Assembly: GCA_001770285.1 (NCBI GenBank)
Contig: MEQQ01000084.1
Location: 1-53,914 of the forward strand
Direction of reading: 5' to 3'
Source of the DNA: Betaproteobacteria bacterium RBG_16_66_20
Lineage (GTDB): Bacteria; Pseudomonadota; Gammaproteobacteria; Burkholderiales; SG8-39
Length of the DNA stretch: 53,914 bases
Shown: piece after piece, positions 10,543 to 18,255 of the stretch
Position numbering within the stretch: the first letter of the stretch is position 1
Layout of the letters: every line of letters starts with the position of its first letter
Position numbers and translations under genes: made by a program
The notes under the pieces: model-generated
Told to the model about the DNA's origin: nothing
Seen by the model: the letters and a program-made list of their open reading frames with translations, nothing else
Databases searched by the model: none

Positions 10543-12096
10543 CTACTTTTCCTCGACGAAGACCGCTTCGCGCTTCTTGCGTAGCGCGGGGGCGGCGATG
10601 ATTGCGAGCAGGATCGCCGCGGCGATGAGGAAGCCGAGGCTGATCGGCTTCGAGGGGCTGACGAACACGAACGGATCGCCGCGCGACAGCAGCATCGCAC
10701 GCCGCAGATTCTCCTCCATCAGCGGCCCGAGGATGAAGCCGAGGATCATCGGCGCCGGCTCGCAGCCGAGCTTGACGCAGACGTAGCCGAGCAGCCCGAA
10801 GATCGCCATCAGGAAGCAGTCGAAGGGCTGGTTGGAGATGCTGAACACGCCGATCGCCATGAACAGCAGGATCGAGGGATAGAGGTAGCGGTACGGCACC
10901 GTCAGCAGCTTGATCCACATGCCGATCAGCGGCAGGTTGAGGACCACCAGCATCAGGTTACCCACCCACATCGAGGCGATCATGCCCCAGAAGAGCTGCG
11001 GCCTCTCGGTCATCACCTGCGGCCCGGGCGCGATGCCCTGGATCATCATGGCGCCGATCATCAGCGCCATCACCGCGTTGGACGGGATGCCGAGCGTGAG
11101 CAGCGGAATGAAGGAGGTCTGCGCGCCGGCGTTGTTGGCCGATTCGGGCGCGGCGACGCCCTCGATCGCGCCCTTGCCGAACTCGTGCGAATACTTCGAG
11201 ACCTTTTTTTCCAGCGTATAGGCGCCGAAGGACGCGAGCAGCGCGCCGCCGCCGGGCAGGATGCCGAGCGCCGAACCGAGTGCCGTGCCGCGCAGGATCG
11301 GGGCGATCATGCGCTTGAAATCCTGCTTGCTGGGCATAAGTCTGCCGACCTTGCTCGTGAACACCTCGCGGTGCTCCTTTTGCTCGAGGTTGGCGATGAT
11401 CTCGCAGATGCCGAACATGCCCATCGCGACCGTGACGAAGCCGATGCCGTCGGCCATCTCCGAGATGCCGAAGGCGAAGCGCAGCACGCCCGAATTGACA
11501 TCCGTCCCAACCAGCCCGAGCAGGAGGCCCAGGATCACCATGCAGATCGCCTTGATGACCGAGCCATGCGCCAGCACGACCGCCGCTACGAGGCCCAGCA
11601 CCATCAGCGAAAAGTACTCCGCGGGGCCGAATTTCAGCGCCACCTCCGCAAGCGGCGGCGCAAACATCGCCACCACGAGGGTCGCGACGCAGCCGGCGAA
11701 GAACGAGCCGATCGCGGCGGTCGCTAGCGCGGGACCGGCGCGGCCCCGACGCGCCATCTGGTAGCCATCCAGGCAGGTCACCACCGACGAGGACTCGCCC
11801 GGCAGGTTGACCAGAATCGCGGTGGTCGAGCCGCCGTACTGCGCGCCGTAGTAAATGCCCGCGAGCATGATCAGCGCCGCAATCGGCGCCAGGTTGAAAG
11901 TGACCGGCAGCAGCATCGCGATGGTCGCCACCGGCCCGATGCCGGGCAGCACGCCGATCAGCGTGCCCAGGATCACTCCTATCAGGCACATGATGATATT
12001 GAACGGCAGGGTCATCGTCATCCCGCCCAGCGTGATCACCTGCAGCTTGAAGACCTCGATGAAGCCGAGCGCGAGATTGCCGAAAATGCCTTCCAT
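10543..12096 (-). CDS. tctA: Tripartite tricarboxylate transporter, large permease
   Basis: The 517-aa polytopic product has LIGVLPGIGPVATIAMLLPVTF and GILPGGGALLASF motifs, typical of TctA. Confidence 0.9.
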   Translation of the reverse strand: MEGIFGNLALGFIEVFKLQVITLGGMTMTLPFNIIMCLIGVILGTLIGVLPGIGPVATIAMLLPVTFNLAPIAALIMLAGIYYGAQYGGSTTAILVNLPGESSSVVTCLDGYQMARRGRAGPALATAAIGSFFAGCVATLVVAMFAPPLAEVALKFGPAEYFSLMVLGLVAAVVLAHGSVIKAICMVILGLLLGLVGTDVNSGVLRFAFGISEMADGIGFVTVAMGMFGICEIIANLEQKEHREVFTSKVGRLMPSKQDFKRMIAPILRGTALGSALGILPGGGALLASFGAYTLEKKVSKYSHEFGKGAIEGVAAPESANNAGAQTSFIPLLTLGIPSNAVMALMIGAMMIQGIAPGPQVMTERPQLFWGMIASMWVGNLMLVVLNLPLIGMWIKLLTVPYRYLYPSILLFMAIGVFSISNQPFDCFLMAIFGLLGYVCVKLGCEPAPMILGFILGPLMEENLRRAMLLSRGDPFVFVSPSKPISLGFLIAAAILLAIIAAPALRKKREAVFVEEK

Positions 12097-12104
12097 GGCG
12101 GCCC

Positions 12105-12626
12105 CTAGCGGATCGGACAGTTGTCGATGAAACCGGGGCAGATCGGGAAGGGCAGCGCCAGCGCCTTCACGAACACCAGCACCGAGAAGATGACCAGCAC
12201 GACCGACATGATCGCAACCTCTTTCAACTTGAACTCATGCCCGCCGAAGGCGCTGATGAAGACCAGCGCCACCGAAGCGAGCACCAGGCCGAGCGGCTTG
12301 AGCAGGTAGGCGAACGCGAGACTCGACACCGCGACGAAAAGCAGCGGCCGGAAGTGGAACTTGGCCACGTCCGGCCCTTCCTCTACGATGGAATCGAACA
12401 GCACCAGCAGGCCGAGGAAGGCGAGCAGGCCGCCAAGCACGACCGGGAAGTACGCCGGCCCCATGCGCACCGAGCTGCCCATCTGGTAGCCGGCGATCAG
12501 CTTCGTGCCGACGATCCTGTCGATGAATTCGGGCGTGCCAAGCGCAAATGTGATGAAGAACAGTCCGAAGCCGATGAACATCAGCCCGGCCCACCAATCC
12601 TGCTGACTCTTGATCTTGATCCCCAT
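12105..12626 (-). CDS. tctB: Tripartite tricarboxylate transporter, small membrane subunit
   Basis: The start is moved to the ATG at 12626 (MGIKIKSQQDWWAGLMFIGFGLFF...). The 173-aa product has four TM helices and lies immediately upstream of tctA. The longer track ORF crosses the divergent promoter region. Confidence 0.75.
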   Translation of the reverse strand: MGIKIKSQQDWWAGLMFIGFGLFFITFALGTPEFIDRIVGTKLIAGYQMGSSVRMGPAYFPVVLGGLLAFLGLLVLFDSIVEEGPDVAKFHFRPLLFVAVSSLAFAYLLKPLGLVLASVALVFISAFGGHEFKLKEVAIMSVVLVIFSVLVFVKALALPFPICPGFIDNCPIR

Positions 12627-12703
12627 CCGTCTCCTCCAACTCCCGTATTCGCCCCGGGCATTGCGTCGATCGGGCGAACCTACTCCTCGCAAGCGAGTGT
12701 AGC

Positions 12704-13348
12704 ATGGGCCTCGTGAGACAGCGTCTGCCTCCAGGGTCATTCGCGCCCCGCATCGGGGTCCTGCTCGCGGCTTTTCTGCTGCTGGTGTCAGGCTGCGGTC
12801 AGCAAGCAAAGCTGCCGCTGCTCGCGCCTGACGCGATCGTGGTCGCTTTCGGCGACAGCCTGACCTACGGCACCGGTGCGAACGAGGAAGAAAGCTATCC
12901 GGCGCAGCTGGCGCGCATCACCGGCCGGCGCGTGGTGCGCGAAGGGGTGCCCGGAGAAGTCAGCGCAACCGGCCTCGCCAGGCTGCCCGCCGCGCTGGAC
13001 GAACACCAACCGCGGCTGCTGATCCTGTGCCACGGCGGCAACGACTTCCTGCGCCGCTTGCCCAAGGAGCAGGCAGCCGAAAACGTGCGCGCCATGATCC
13101 GCCTCGCCAAGGACCGCGGGGTGGAGGTGCTGCTGATCGGAACGCCCGAGATCGGATTCACCCTGACGCCGCCCGAGTTCTATGCCGGGATCGCGAAACA
13201 GTTCGGCATTCCCTACGAAGGGGACGTGCTGACCAAGATCCTCAGGAACGGCGAACTGAAGTCCGACCAGATCCACCCGAACGCACAAGGCTACCGCCTG
13301 ATGGCCGAGCGCGTCGCCGAACTGCTCCGGAAGTCGGGCGCGATCTAG
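12704..13348 (+). CDS. SGNH/GDSL-family arylesterase-like lipoprotein
   Basis: A signal peptide with lipobox LLVSGC is followed by VVAFGDSLTYG (GDS block I), GVPGE and LILCHGGNDF (GxND block III). Confidence 0.8.
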   Translation: MGLVRQRLPPGSFAPRIGVLLAAFLLLVSGCGQQAKLPLLAPDAIVVAFGDSLTYGTGANEEESYPAQLARITGRRVVREGVPGEVSATGLARLPAALDEHQPRLLILCHGGNDFLRRLPKEQAAENVRAMIRLAKDRGVEVLLIGTPEIGFTLTPPEFYAGIAKQFGIPYEGDVLTKILRNGELKSDQIHPNAQGYRLMAERVAELLRKSGAI

Positions 13349-13991
13349 GCATCAGTAACCGCGATTTGCGCAGCCGCGCCACATCCTCGGGCCGGTCCAC
13401 GTCCCACAGGGTGCGCAGTTCCTGCCAGCGCCAGCCGAGCGCCTTGAGCCGGCGGCGGGTCCGCGCCAGCACCTGCGGATCGCCCCACGGGATGCCGTCG
13501 AACAGCCGCCGCGAAACCCGGCGCAGGCCGATCAGCGGATAGCCGCCGTCCTCGGCGGGTGCGAACACCGCGTCCGCGCCCTCGCGCAGCACCCGAGCGG
13601 CGGCGCGCAGGTCGGCGGGCCTGAGCGCCGGGCAGTCGCTGCCGATCAGCACCGCGTATGGATGGCCGCGCAGCACGCGCTTGAACGCGCGGTACATGCG
13701 GTCTCCAAGGTCACCTCCGCCCTGCAATCGCAGTCGAACGCCAAACCGCTTTTGACATCTGATGAAAAAAATCTCGTTGATTCGGGGACAGCAATACAGA
13801 TCAACAGGATCGAATCCAGCCGCCAGCGCCGTTGCCAGCGTCCTCTCCACCAGGCGCGCGTGCAGCCTTGCAGCCCCCATTTCGCCGAGCAGCGGCACGA
13901 GACGCGATTTCACGCGCCCGGGCTCGGGCGCCCGCGCAAACACGATGAGCGCCGGCTCAGGCCTTGTTCGCGTAGCGCCGCGCAAGCTCAT
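13242..13991 (-). CDS. DUF2064-family (TIGR04282-like, CofC/MobA-like fold) putative glycosyltransferase
   Basis: ALIVFARAPEPGRVKSRL...LIGSDCPAL...DGGYPLIGL...WDVDRPEDV is typical of DUF2064. The last ~36 codons (Arg/Ser/Gly-rich) overlap the convergent SGNH gene by 107 nt and may not be native. Confidence 0.7.
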   Translation of the reverse strand: MSLRGATRTRPEPALIVFARAPEPGRVKSRLVPLLGEMGAARLHARLVERTLATALAAGFDPVDLYCCPRINEIFFIRCQKRFGVRLRLQGGGDLGDRMYRAFKRVLRGHPYAVLIGSDCPALRPADLRAAARVLREGADAVFAPAEDGGYPLIGLRRVSRRLFDGIPWGDPQVLARTRRRLKALGWRWQELRTLWDVDRPEDVARLRKSRLLMPRSRPTSGAVRRRARPSGGSLVRSGGSGRTSVRRS

Positions 13992-14625
13992 CCGGGGAGG
14001 TACCGAGGAAATACGCGAGGCGCAGCTGCCACATGAGGAGCATCGTGCGCAGTACGCCGCGCCGTTCCCAGCGGCGGCCCGAAGTCACCGCCTTGTCGCG
14101 CAGGCAGGCGGGCGGTGATTGCCGCTTCATCGCCTTGCTGAAGGCGACATCCTCCATCAGCGCGATCTCCGGAAAGCCGGGAAACGACTCGCGGCGCGCG
14201 AAGATCGCCTGGTCGCCGGTCGCGATGCCGCTCCAGCGCGAGCGCAGATTCATGAAGAATGCGACCACCGCAAGCAGCGGCGAGCGACCGTCGATGCGCA
14301 CATCGAAGCGCCCCCAGGCGCGATCCCGCAACGCCTCGATCACTGCTTGGTCGGCGCGCGGCGGCAGTCGCGTATCGGCATGCAGGAACAGCAGCGCATC
14401 GCCTGCGGCGGCGGCGGCCCCGGCGTTCATCTGCCGCGCGCGCCCGCGCGCCGCGGCAATGACGCGGTCGGCGAGCGCGGCGGCGAGTTCGCGGGTGCCG
14501 TCCTCGCTGCCGCCGTCGGCGACGATCACCTCGTGCCCGTTCGCGCGCAGCGGCGCGAGCGCTTCGAGCGTACGCGCAATGCCGGCCGCCTCGTTGAGCG
14601 TGGGAATGACGATGGAGAGCTTCAC
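13957..14625 (-). CDS. Family-2 glycosyltransferase (TIGR04283-like)
   Basis: Only the C-terminal 222 codons of track ORF 13957..16620 look real. A GTG at 14625 overlaps the upstream stop as GTGA. The product reads VKLSIVIPTLNEA...IVADGGSEDGT...LLFLHADTRLP. Confidence 0.8.
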   Translation of the reverse strand: MKLSIVIPTLNEAAGIARTLEALAPLRANGHEVIVADGGSEDGTRELAAALADRVIAAARGRARQMNAGAAAAAGDALLFLHADTRLPPRADQAVIEALRDRAWGRFDVRIDGRSPLLAVVAFFMNLRSRWSGIATGDQAIFARRESFPGFPEIALMEDVAFSKAMKRQSPPACLRDKAVTSGRRWERRGVLRTMLLMWQLRLAYFLGTSPDELARRYANKA

Positions 14626-16763
14626 CGCCCCGCCCTCATCCAGGCATGATATTTCTCGGCCAGCCGCAGCACGCCCCGGGGCGCGTGCGCTTTCTTCCAC
14701 ACGCCGGCGGCGTACTTGTTGGCTTCGGCGAGCGTCGGGTAGATATGGATGGTGCCGAGGATCTTGTTCATGCCGAAACCGTGGCGCATCGCCGCCACAT
14801 ACTCTGCGAGCAGGTCGCCCGCGTGCTCGCCCACGATGGTGGCGCCGAGTATCCGGTCCTTGCCCGGCACGGTGAGCACTTTGACCATGCCGTGCGCCGC
14901 CCCGTCGGCGATCGCGCGGTCGAGCTCGTCGATGCCGTAAGTCGAGACCTCGCAGGGAATGTTGCGCTCCTTCGCTTCGGTTTCGCTCAGGCCCACGCGC
15001 GCGACCTCGGGGTCGGTGAAGGTGGCCCAGGGGATCACCGAATAGTCGGCGCGGAATTTCCGCAGCGCGCCGAACAACGCGTTCACCGACGCATACCAGG
15101 CCTGGTGCGCGGCGATGTGCGTGAACTGGTAGGGGCCGGCGACGTCGCCGCAGGCGTAGATGTTCGGGTACCGCGTCTGCAGGAACTCGTTGGTCTCGAC
15201 GGTGCGCGCGGGGCCGACCGGGATGCCGAGTTCTTCCAGCCCGTAGCCGCTGGTGTTGGCGACGCGCCCGACCGCGCACAGCAGCGCGTCGAACTCGATC
15301 CGCACTTCCCTGCCCTGGTGCTCGCACAGCAGCGTCTTGCTGCCGTTGTCGAGCAGGAATTCCTTTGCCTTGTGGCCGACCAGGACCCGCACGCCCTCCT
15401 CGACGAACTTCCGGCGCAGCATTTCGGAGACTTCCGGATCCTCGCGCGGCAGGAGTCTCGGCAGCATTTCGACCTGGGACACCCTGGAGCCGAGGCGCGC
15501 GAAGGCCTGCGCGAGCTCCGCGCCGATCGGCCCGCCGCCCAGCACCACCAAACGCGGCGGCAGCTTGCGCAATCCCCACACCGTGTCCGAAGTGAGGCAG
15601 TCCATCTTTTCGATTCCCGGGATCGGCGGCACGAACGGGCGGGCGCCCGCGGCGATCACGATCGAGCGGGTGGTGAGAGTCTGCTTGTTTCCGTCCGGAG
15701 CCGAGATTTCGACGGCCCACGGCGAAATCATCTTCGCCTCTCCGTGGATGCACTCCACGCCGAGGCCGGTGTAACGCGCGACCGAATCGTGGGGCTCGAT
15801 CGCCTTCACGACGCGCTGCACGCGCTCCATGATGTCGGCGAAGTCGAAATCGACGTTGGCCGCCCTTATGCCGAGTTCGCCTGCCTTGCGCGCCTGGGCG
15901 ACGAATTTCGCCGATCGGATCAGGGCCTTCGACGGGACACATCCGGTGTTGAGGCAATCGCCGCCCATCAGGTGCTTCTCGACCAGCGTAACCTTCGCCT
16001 TGACCGCCGCCGCGATGTAAGCCGAAACCAGGCCCGCCGAGCCGGCGCCGATGACGATCAGATTGCGGTCGAACGCCGCCGGCCGGGTCCATCCCGCATA
16101 GACGCGACGCGCTCTGGCGGCCTGCAGCATGCGCTTGGCGATCAGCGGAAAGAAGCCGATCAGCGCGAATGCGGCCAGCAGACCGACGGAGAACCTGAAC
16201 TCGCCGAGCCGGGTCCCCGCATAGACGAAGGCCACCGTCGCCGCGAACATGCCGACCTGGCTGACCCAGAAATACGTCCAGACCCGGATCGGGGTCAGGC
16301 CCATCAGCAGATTGACCGCGACGTAGGGGAACGCCGGCACCAGCCGCAGCGCGAACAGGTAGAACGCGCCCTCCCTCGCGATGCCTTCGTTGACCGGTCT
16401 CAGCCGATCGCCGTAGCGCGCCTGCACCCAGTCGCGCAGCACGAAGCGCGAGGCGAGGAAGGCCAGCGTCGCCCCGATGGTCGAGGCAAAGGAGACGATC
16501 AGCACGCCCCACAGCAGCCCGAAGATTGCGCCCGCGGCGAGCGTCATCACGGCCGCGCCCGGCAGCGACAGCCCCGTGACCGCGACGTAAAGGGCAAAGA
16601 AGGCGGCGCCCGCCTCCCAAGGATGCGCCTGGTAGTACGCCTGGATCGCCGCCTGCTGCGCCCTGAATTGCTCAACCGACAGATAGCGGTGGCCGCCGAA
16701 CGCAAAGAACGCCGCGGCCAGGGCCGCAATCGCAAGCACCAGGGCGAGACGCGACTTGTTCAT
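14622..16763 (-). CDS. Fusion protein: N-terminal TVP38/TMEM64 (DedA/SNARE-associated) membrane domain plus C-terminal FAD-dependent pyridine nucleotide-disulfide oxidoreductase
   Basis: The 713-aa product has a ~230-aa N-terminal multi-TM region (...LPGAAVMTLAAGAIFG...RLVPAFPYVAVNLLMG...). This is followed by LIVIGAGSAGLVSAY (FAD GxGxxG), the redox-active GGDCLNTGCVPSK, a second GxGxxG (VVLGGGPIGAE) and a dimerisation region. It has no MerA-type C-terminal Cys pair. Confidence 0.85.
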   Translation of the reverse strand: MNKSRLALVLAIAALAAAFFAFGGHRYLSVEQFRAQQAAIQAYYQAHPWEAGAAFFALYVAVTGLSLPGAAVMTLAAGAIFGLLWGVLIVSFASTIGATLAFLASRFVLRDWVQARYGDRLRPVNEGIAREGAFYLFALRLVPAFPYVAVNLLMGLTPIRVWTYFWVSQVGMFAATVAFVYAGTRLGEFRFSVGLLAAFALIGFFPLIAKRMLQAARARRVYAGWTRPAAFDRNLIVIGAGSAGLVSAYIAAAVKAKVTLVEKHLMGGDCLNTGCVPSKALIRSAKFVAQARKAGELGIRAANVDFDFADIMERVQRVVKAIEPHDSVARYTGLGVECIHGEAKMISPWAVEISAPDGNKQTLTTRSIVIAAGARPFVPPIPGIEKMDCLTSDTVWGLRKLPPRLVVLGGGPIGAELAQAFARLGSRVSQVEMLPRLLPREDPEVSEMLRRKFVEEGVRVLVGHKAKEFLLDNGSKTLLCEHQGREVRIEFDALLCAVGRVANTSGYGLEELGIPVGPARTVETNEFLQTRYPNIYACGDVAGPYQFTHIAAHQAWYASVNALFGALRKFRADYSVIPWATFTDPEVARVGLSETEAKERNIPCEVSTYGIDELDRAIADGAAHGMVKVLTVPGKDRILGATIVGEHAGDLLAEYVAAMRHGFGMNKILGTIHIYPTLAEANKYAAGVWKKAHAPRGVLRLAEKYHAWMRAGR

Positions 16764-16808
16764 GATTTTCTTCTCCCGGCAGCTCGGTCGCTGCTGCCGG
16801 CGCGGCGC

Positions 16809-17351
16809 TTACAGCAGGTTGGTCGCGCGGTGGGACTGGTCGTCCATCAGTTGCAGCAGGCGCGCGCTGGTCGAACGCAGCCGCTGCGACAGCATCAGCA
16901 CCAGTTCCATCAGGATCTTGGCGCCGAGCATCGGCTGCTCGACGATGATGCGCGCGAGATTCTCCCGGTCGAGCACCGCAAGCACCGTCGGTTCGGCCGC
17001 GAGGCAGGTCGCGAAGCGCGGCTCGCCGTCGATCATCGACATCTCCCCCAGCGTCTTGCCGGCCTCCACCACCGCGATCATCTGCGGCGTATTCCAGCGG
17101 TCGCGCTTGAGCACCTCGACTTTGCCCTCGATCAGCATCAGCATGAAATCGCCGCCCTCGCCTTCACGGATGATCTCGGTGCCGGCCGGGGCCTGGTAGA
17201 CATCCATGAAATGCGCGAGCAGCCGCACCTCGGCGGGAGAAAAATTCTCCAGCAGGTCGCACTTCGGGATCAGCGCGTGGATCTGCGGCGAGAACTTGGT
17301 CGCATCCCCGAGATGCTCGAGGTGGGCGAGGTGCGCGGGGCGTTCGGTCAT
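16809..17351 (-). CDS. Stand-alone cyclic-nucleotide-binding domain protein
   Basis: The 180-aa product has GTEIIREGEGGDFMLMLIEGKVEV...GKTLGEMSMIDGEPRFATCLA (a CAP-effector-domain pattern with the RxA-type phosphate-binding cassette). No HTH follows. Confidence 0.8.
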   Translation of the reverse strand: MTERPAHLAHLEHLGDATKFSPQIHALIPKCDLLENFSPAEVRLLAHFMDVYQAPAGTEIIREGEGGDFMLMLIEGKVEVLKRDRWNTPQMIAVVEAGKTLGEMSMIDGEPRFATCLAAEPTVLAVLDRENLARIIVEQPMLGAKILMELVLMLSQRLRSTSARLLQLMDDQSHRATNLL

Positions 17352-17382
17352 GGGGTCGTCGGTGGCGCTTTCGCAGGGGATT

Positions 17383-18255
17383 CTAGCCGATCAACCAAAG
17401 CACGGTCGCGCCCCAGCCGACGACCGCCGCCGCGAGCAAGGGATCGCGCAGCAGCTCCTCGGCCGGATCGCCCCCGCCGCCGCGAAAGCGCAGCCGGTAC
17501 AGATAGCGCAGGGTGCCGAGCAGCACCCAGGGCACGGTCAGTATCAGGCTCCCGGTGCCATGGAGCTGCGCGGTATCCGCGGCAAGCGTGTACCAGGCGT
17601 ACACCGCGACCATGGCCGCGGCGGACACCGCGATTGCCTTATCCAGAAATCCGACCGTGTAGTCCTCGAGCACCGCGCGGTGCTGGCCCGCGTCCCCGGC
17701 AAGGCGGCCGATTTCGGCGCGCCGCTTGGCGAAGCCGAGGAACAGCGTCAGCAGGAATCCGCAGGCGAGCAACCAGTTCGAAGGCTCGATGCCGATGCCG
17801 GCGGTACCGGCGAGCAGGCGCAGCATGAAGCCGGCGGCGATTACCACCACATCGAGCACCGGGATCCGCTTCAGGCCAAGCGTATACGCCGCGCTCATGA
17901 CGAGGTAAGCGACGACGATCGCCGCCACCTTCCAACCAGTCCAGGCAGCGAGCGCCACGGCGACCGCTGCCGTGAACGCCGCGAACCCCGCTGCCTCACC
18001 CGGGGTCACCGCACCGCGCGCGACCGGCCGGCTGCGCTTGTCCGGATGATCGCGGTCCTGCGCCGCATCGCGCGCATCGTTGAATGCATATACCGCGCCC
18101 GACGCAAGGCAGAACGCGCCCGTCGCGGCGAGCGCCGCCGTGATCATCGCGGATTCCCGGTAGGCGTGGCCGAATATCAGTCCCACCAGGACGAACGCGT
18201 TCTTGACCCACTGCTGCGGGCGCAGCAGATCGAGAAATGCACGCGCCCGGCTCAT
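17383..18255 (-). CDS. UbiA-family prenyltransferase, decaprenyl-phosphate phosphoribosyltransferase-like
   Basis: LLRPQQWVKNAFVLVGLIFG and YAFNDARDAAQDRDHPDKRSRPVARG (NDxxD plus a basic loop) resemble the polyprenyl-phosphate 5-phosphoribosyltransferase branch. The protein is polytopic. Confidence 0.8.
   Translation of the reverse strand: MSRARAFLDLLRPQQWVKNAFVLVGLIFGHAYRESAMITAALAATGAFCLASGAVYAFNDARDAAQDRDHPDKRSRPVARGAVTPGEAAGFAAFTAAVAVALAAWTGWKVAAIVVAYLVMSAAYTLGLKRIPVLDVVVIAAGFMLRLLAGTAGIGIEPSNWLLACGFLLTLFLGFAKRRAEIGRLAGDAGQHRAVLEDYTVGFLDKAIAVSAAAMVAVYAWYTLAADTAQLHGTGSLILTVPWVLLGTLRYLYRLRFRGGGGDPAEELLRDPLLAAAVVGWGATVLWLIG

Noticed and set aside
13957-16620. 887-aa minus-strand ORF
   Set aside because: Only its last 222 codons (from the GTG at 14625) look like a real protein (GT2). 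The upstream 665 codons are an out-of-frame overlap of the 14622..16763 gene, which has clear FAD/NAD and CxxxxC motifs.
14646-17828. 1060-aa plus-strand ORF, the longest in the track
   Set aside because: It runs antisense across three well-supported minus-strand genes (the TVP38-oxidoreductase fusion, the cNMP-binding protein and the UbiA-family gene). Its composition is typical of GC-rich shadow ORFs (R, A, G, D, H, P rich) and it has no motifs.
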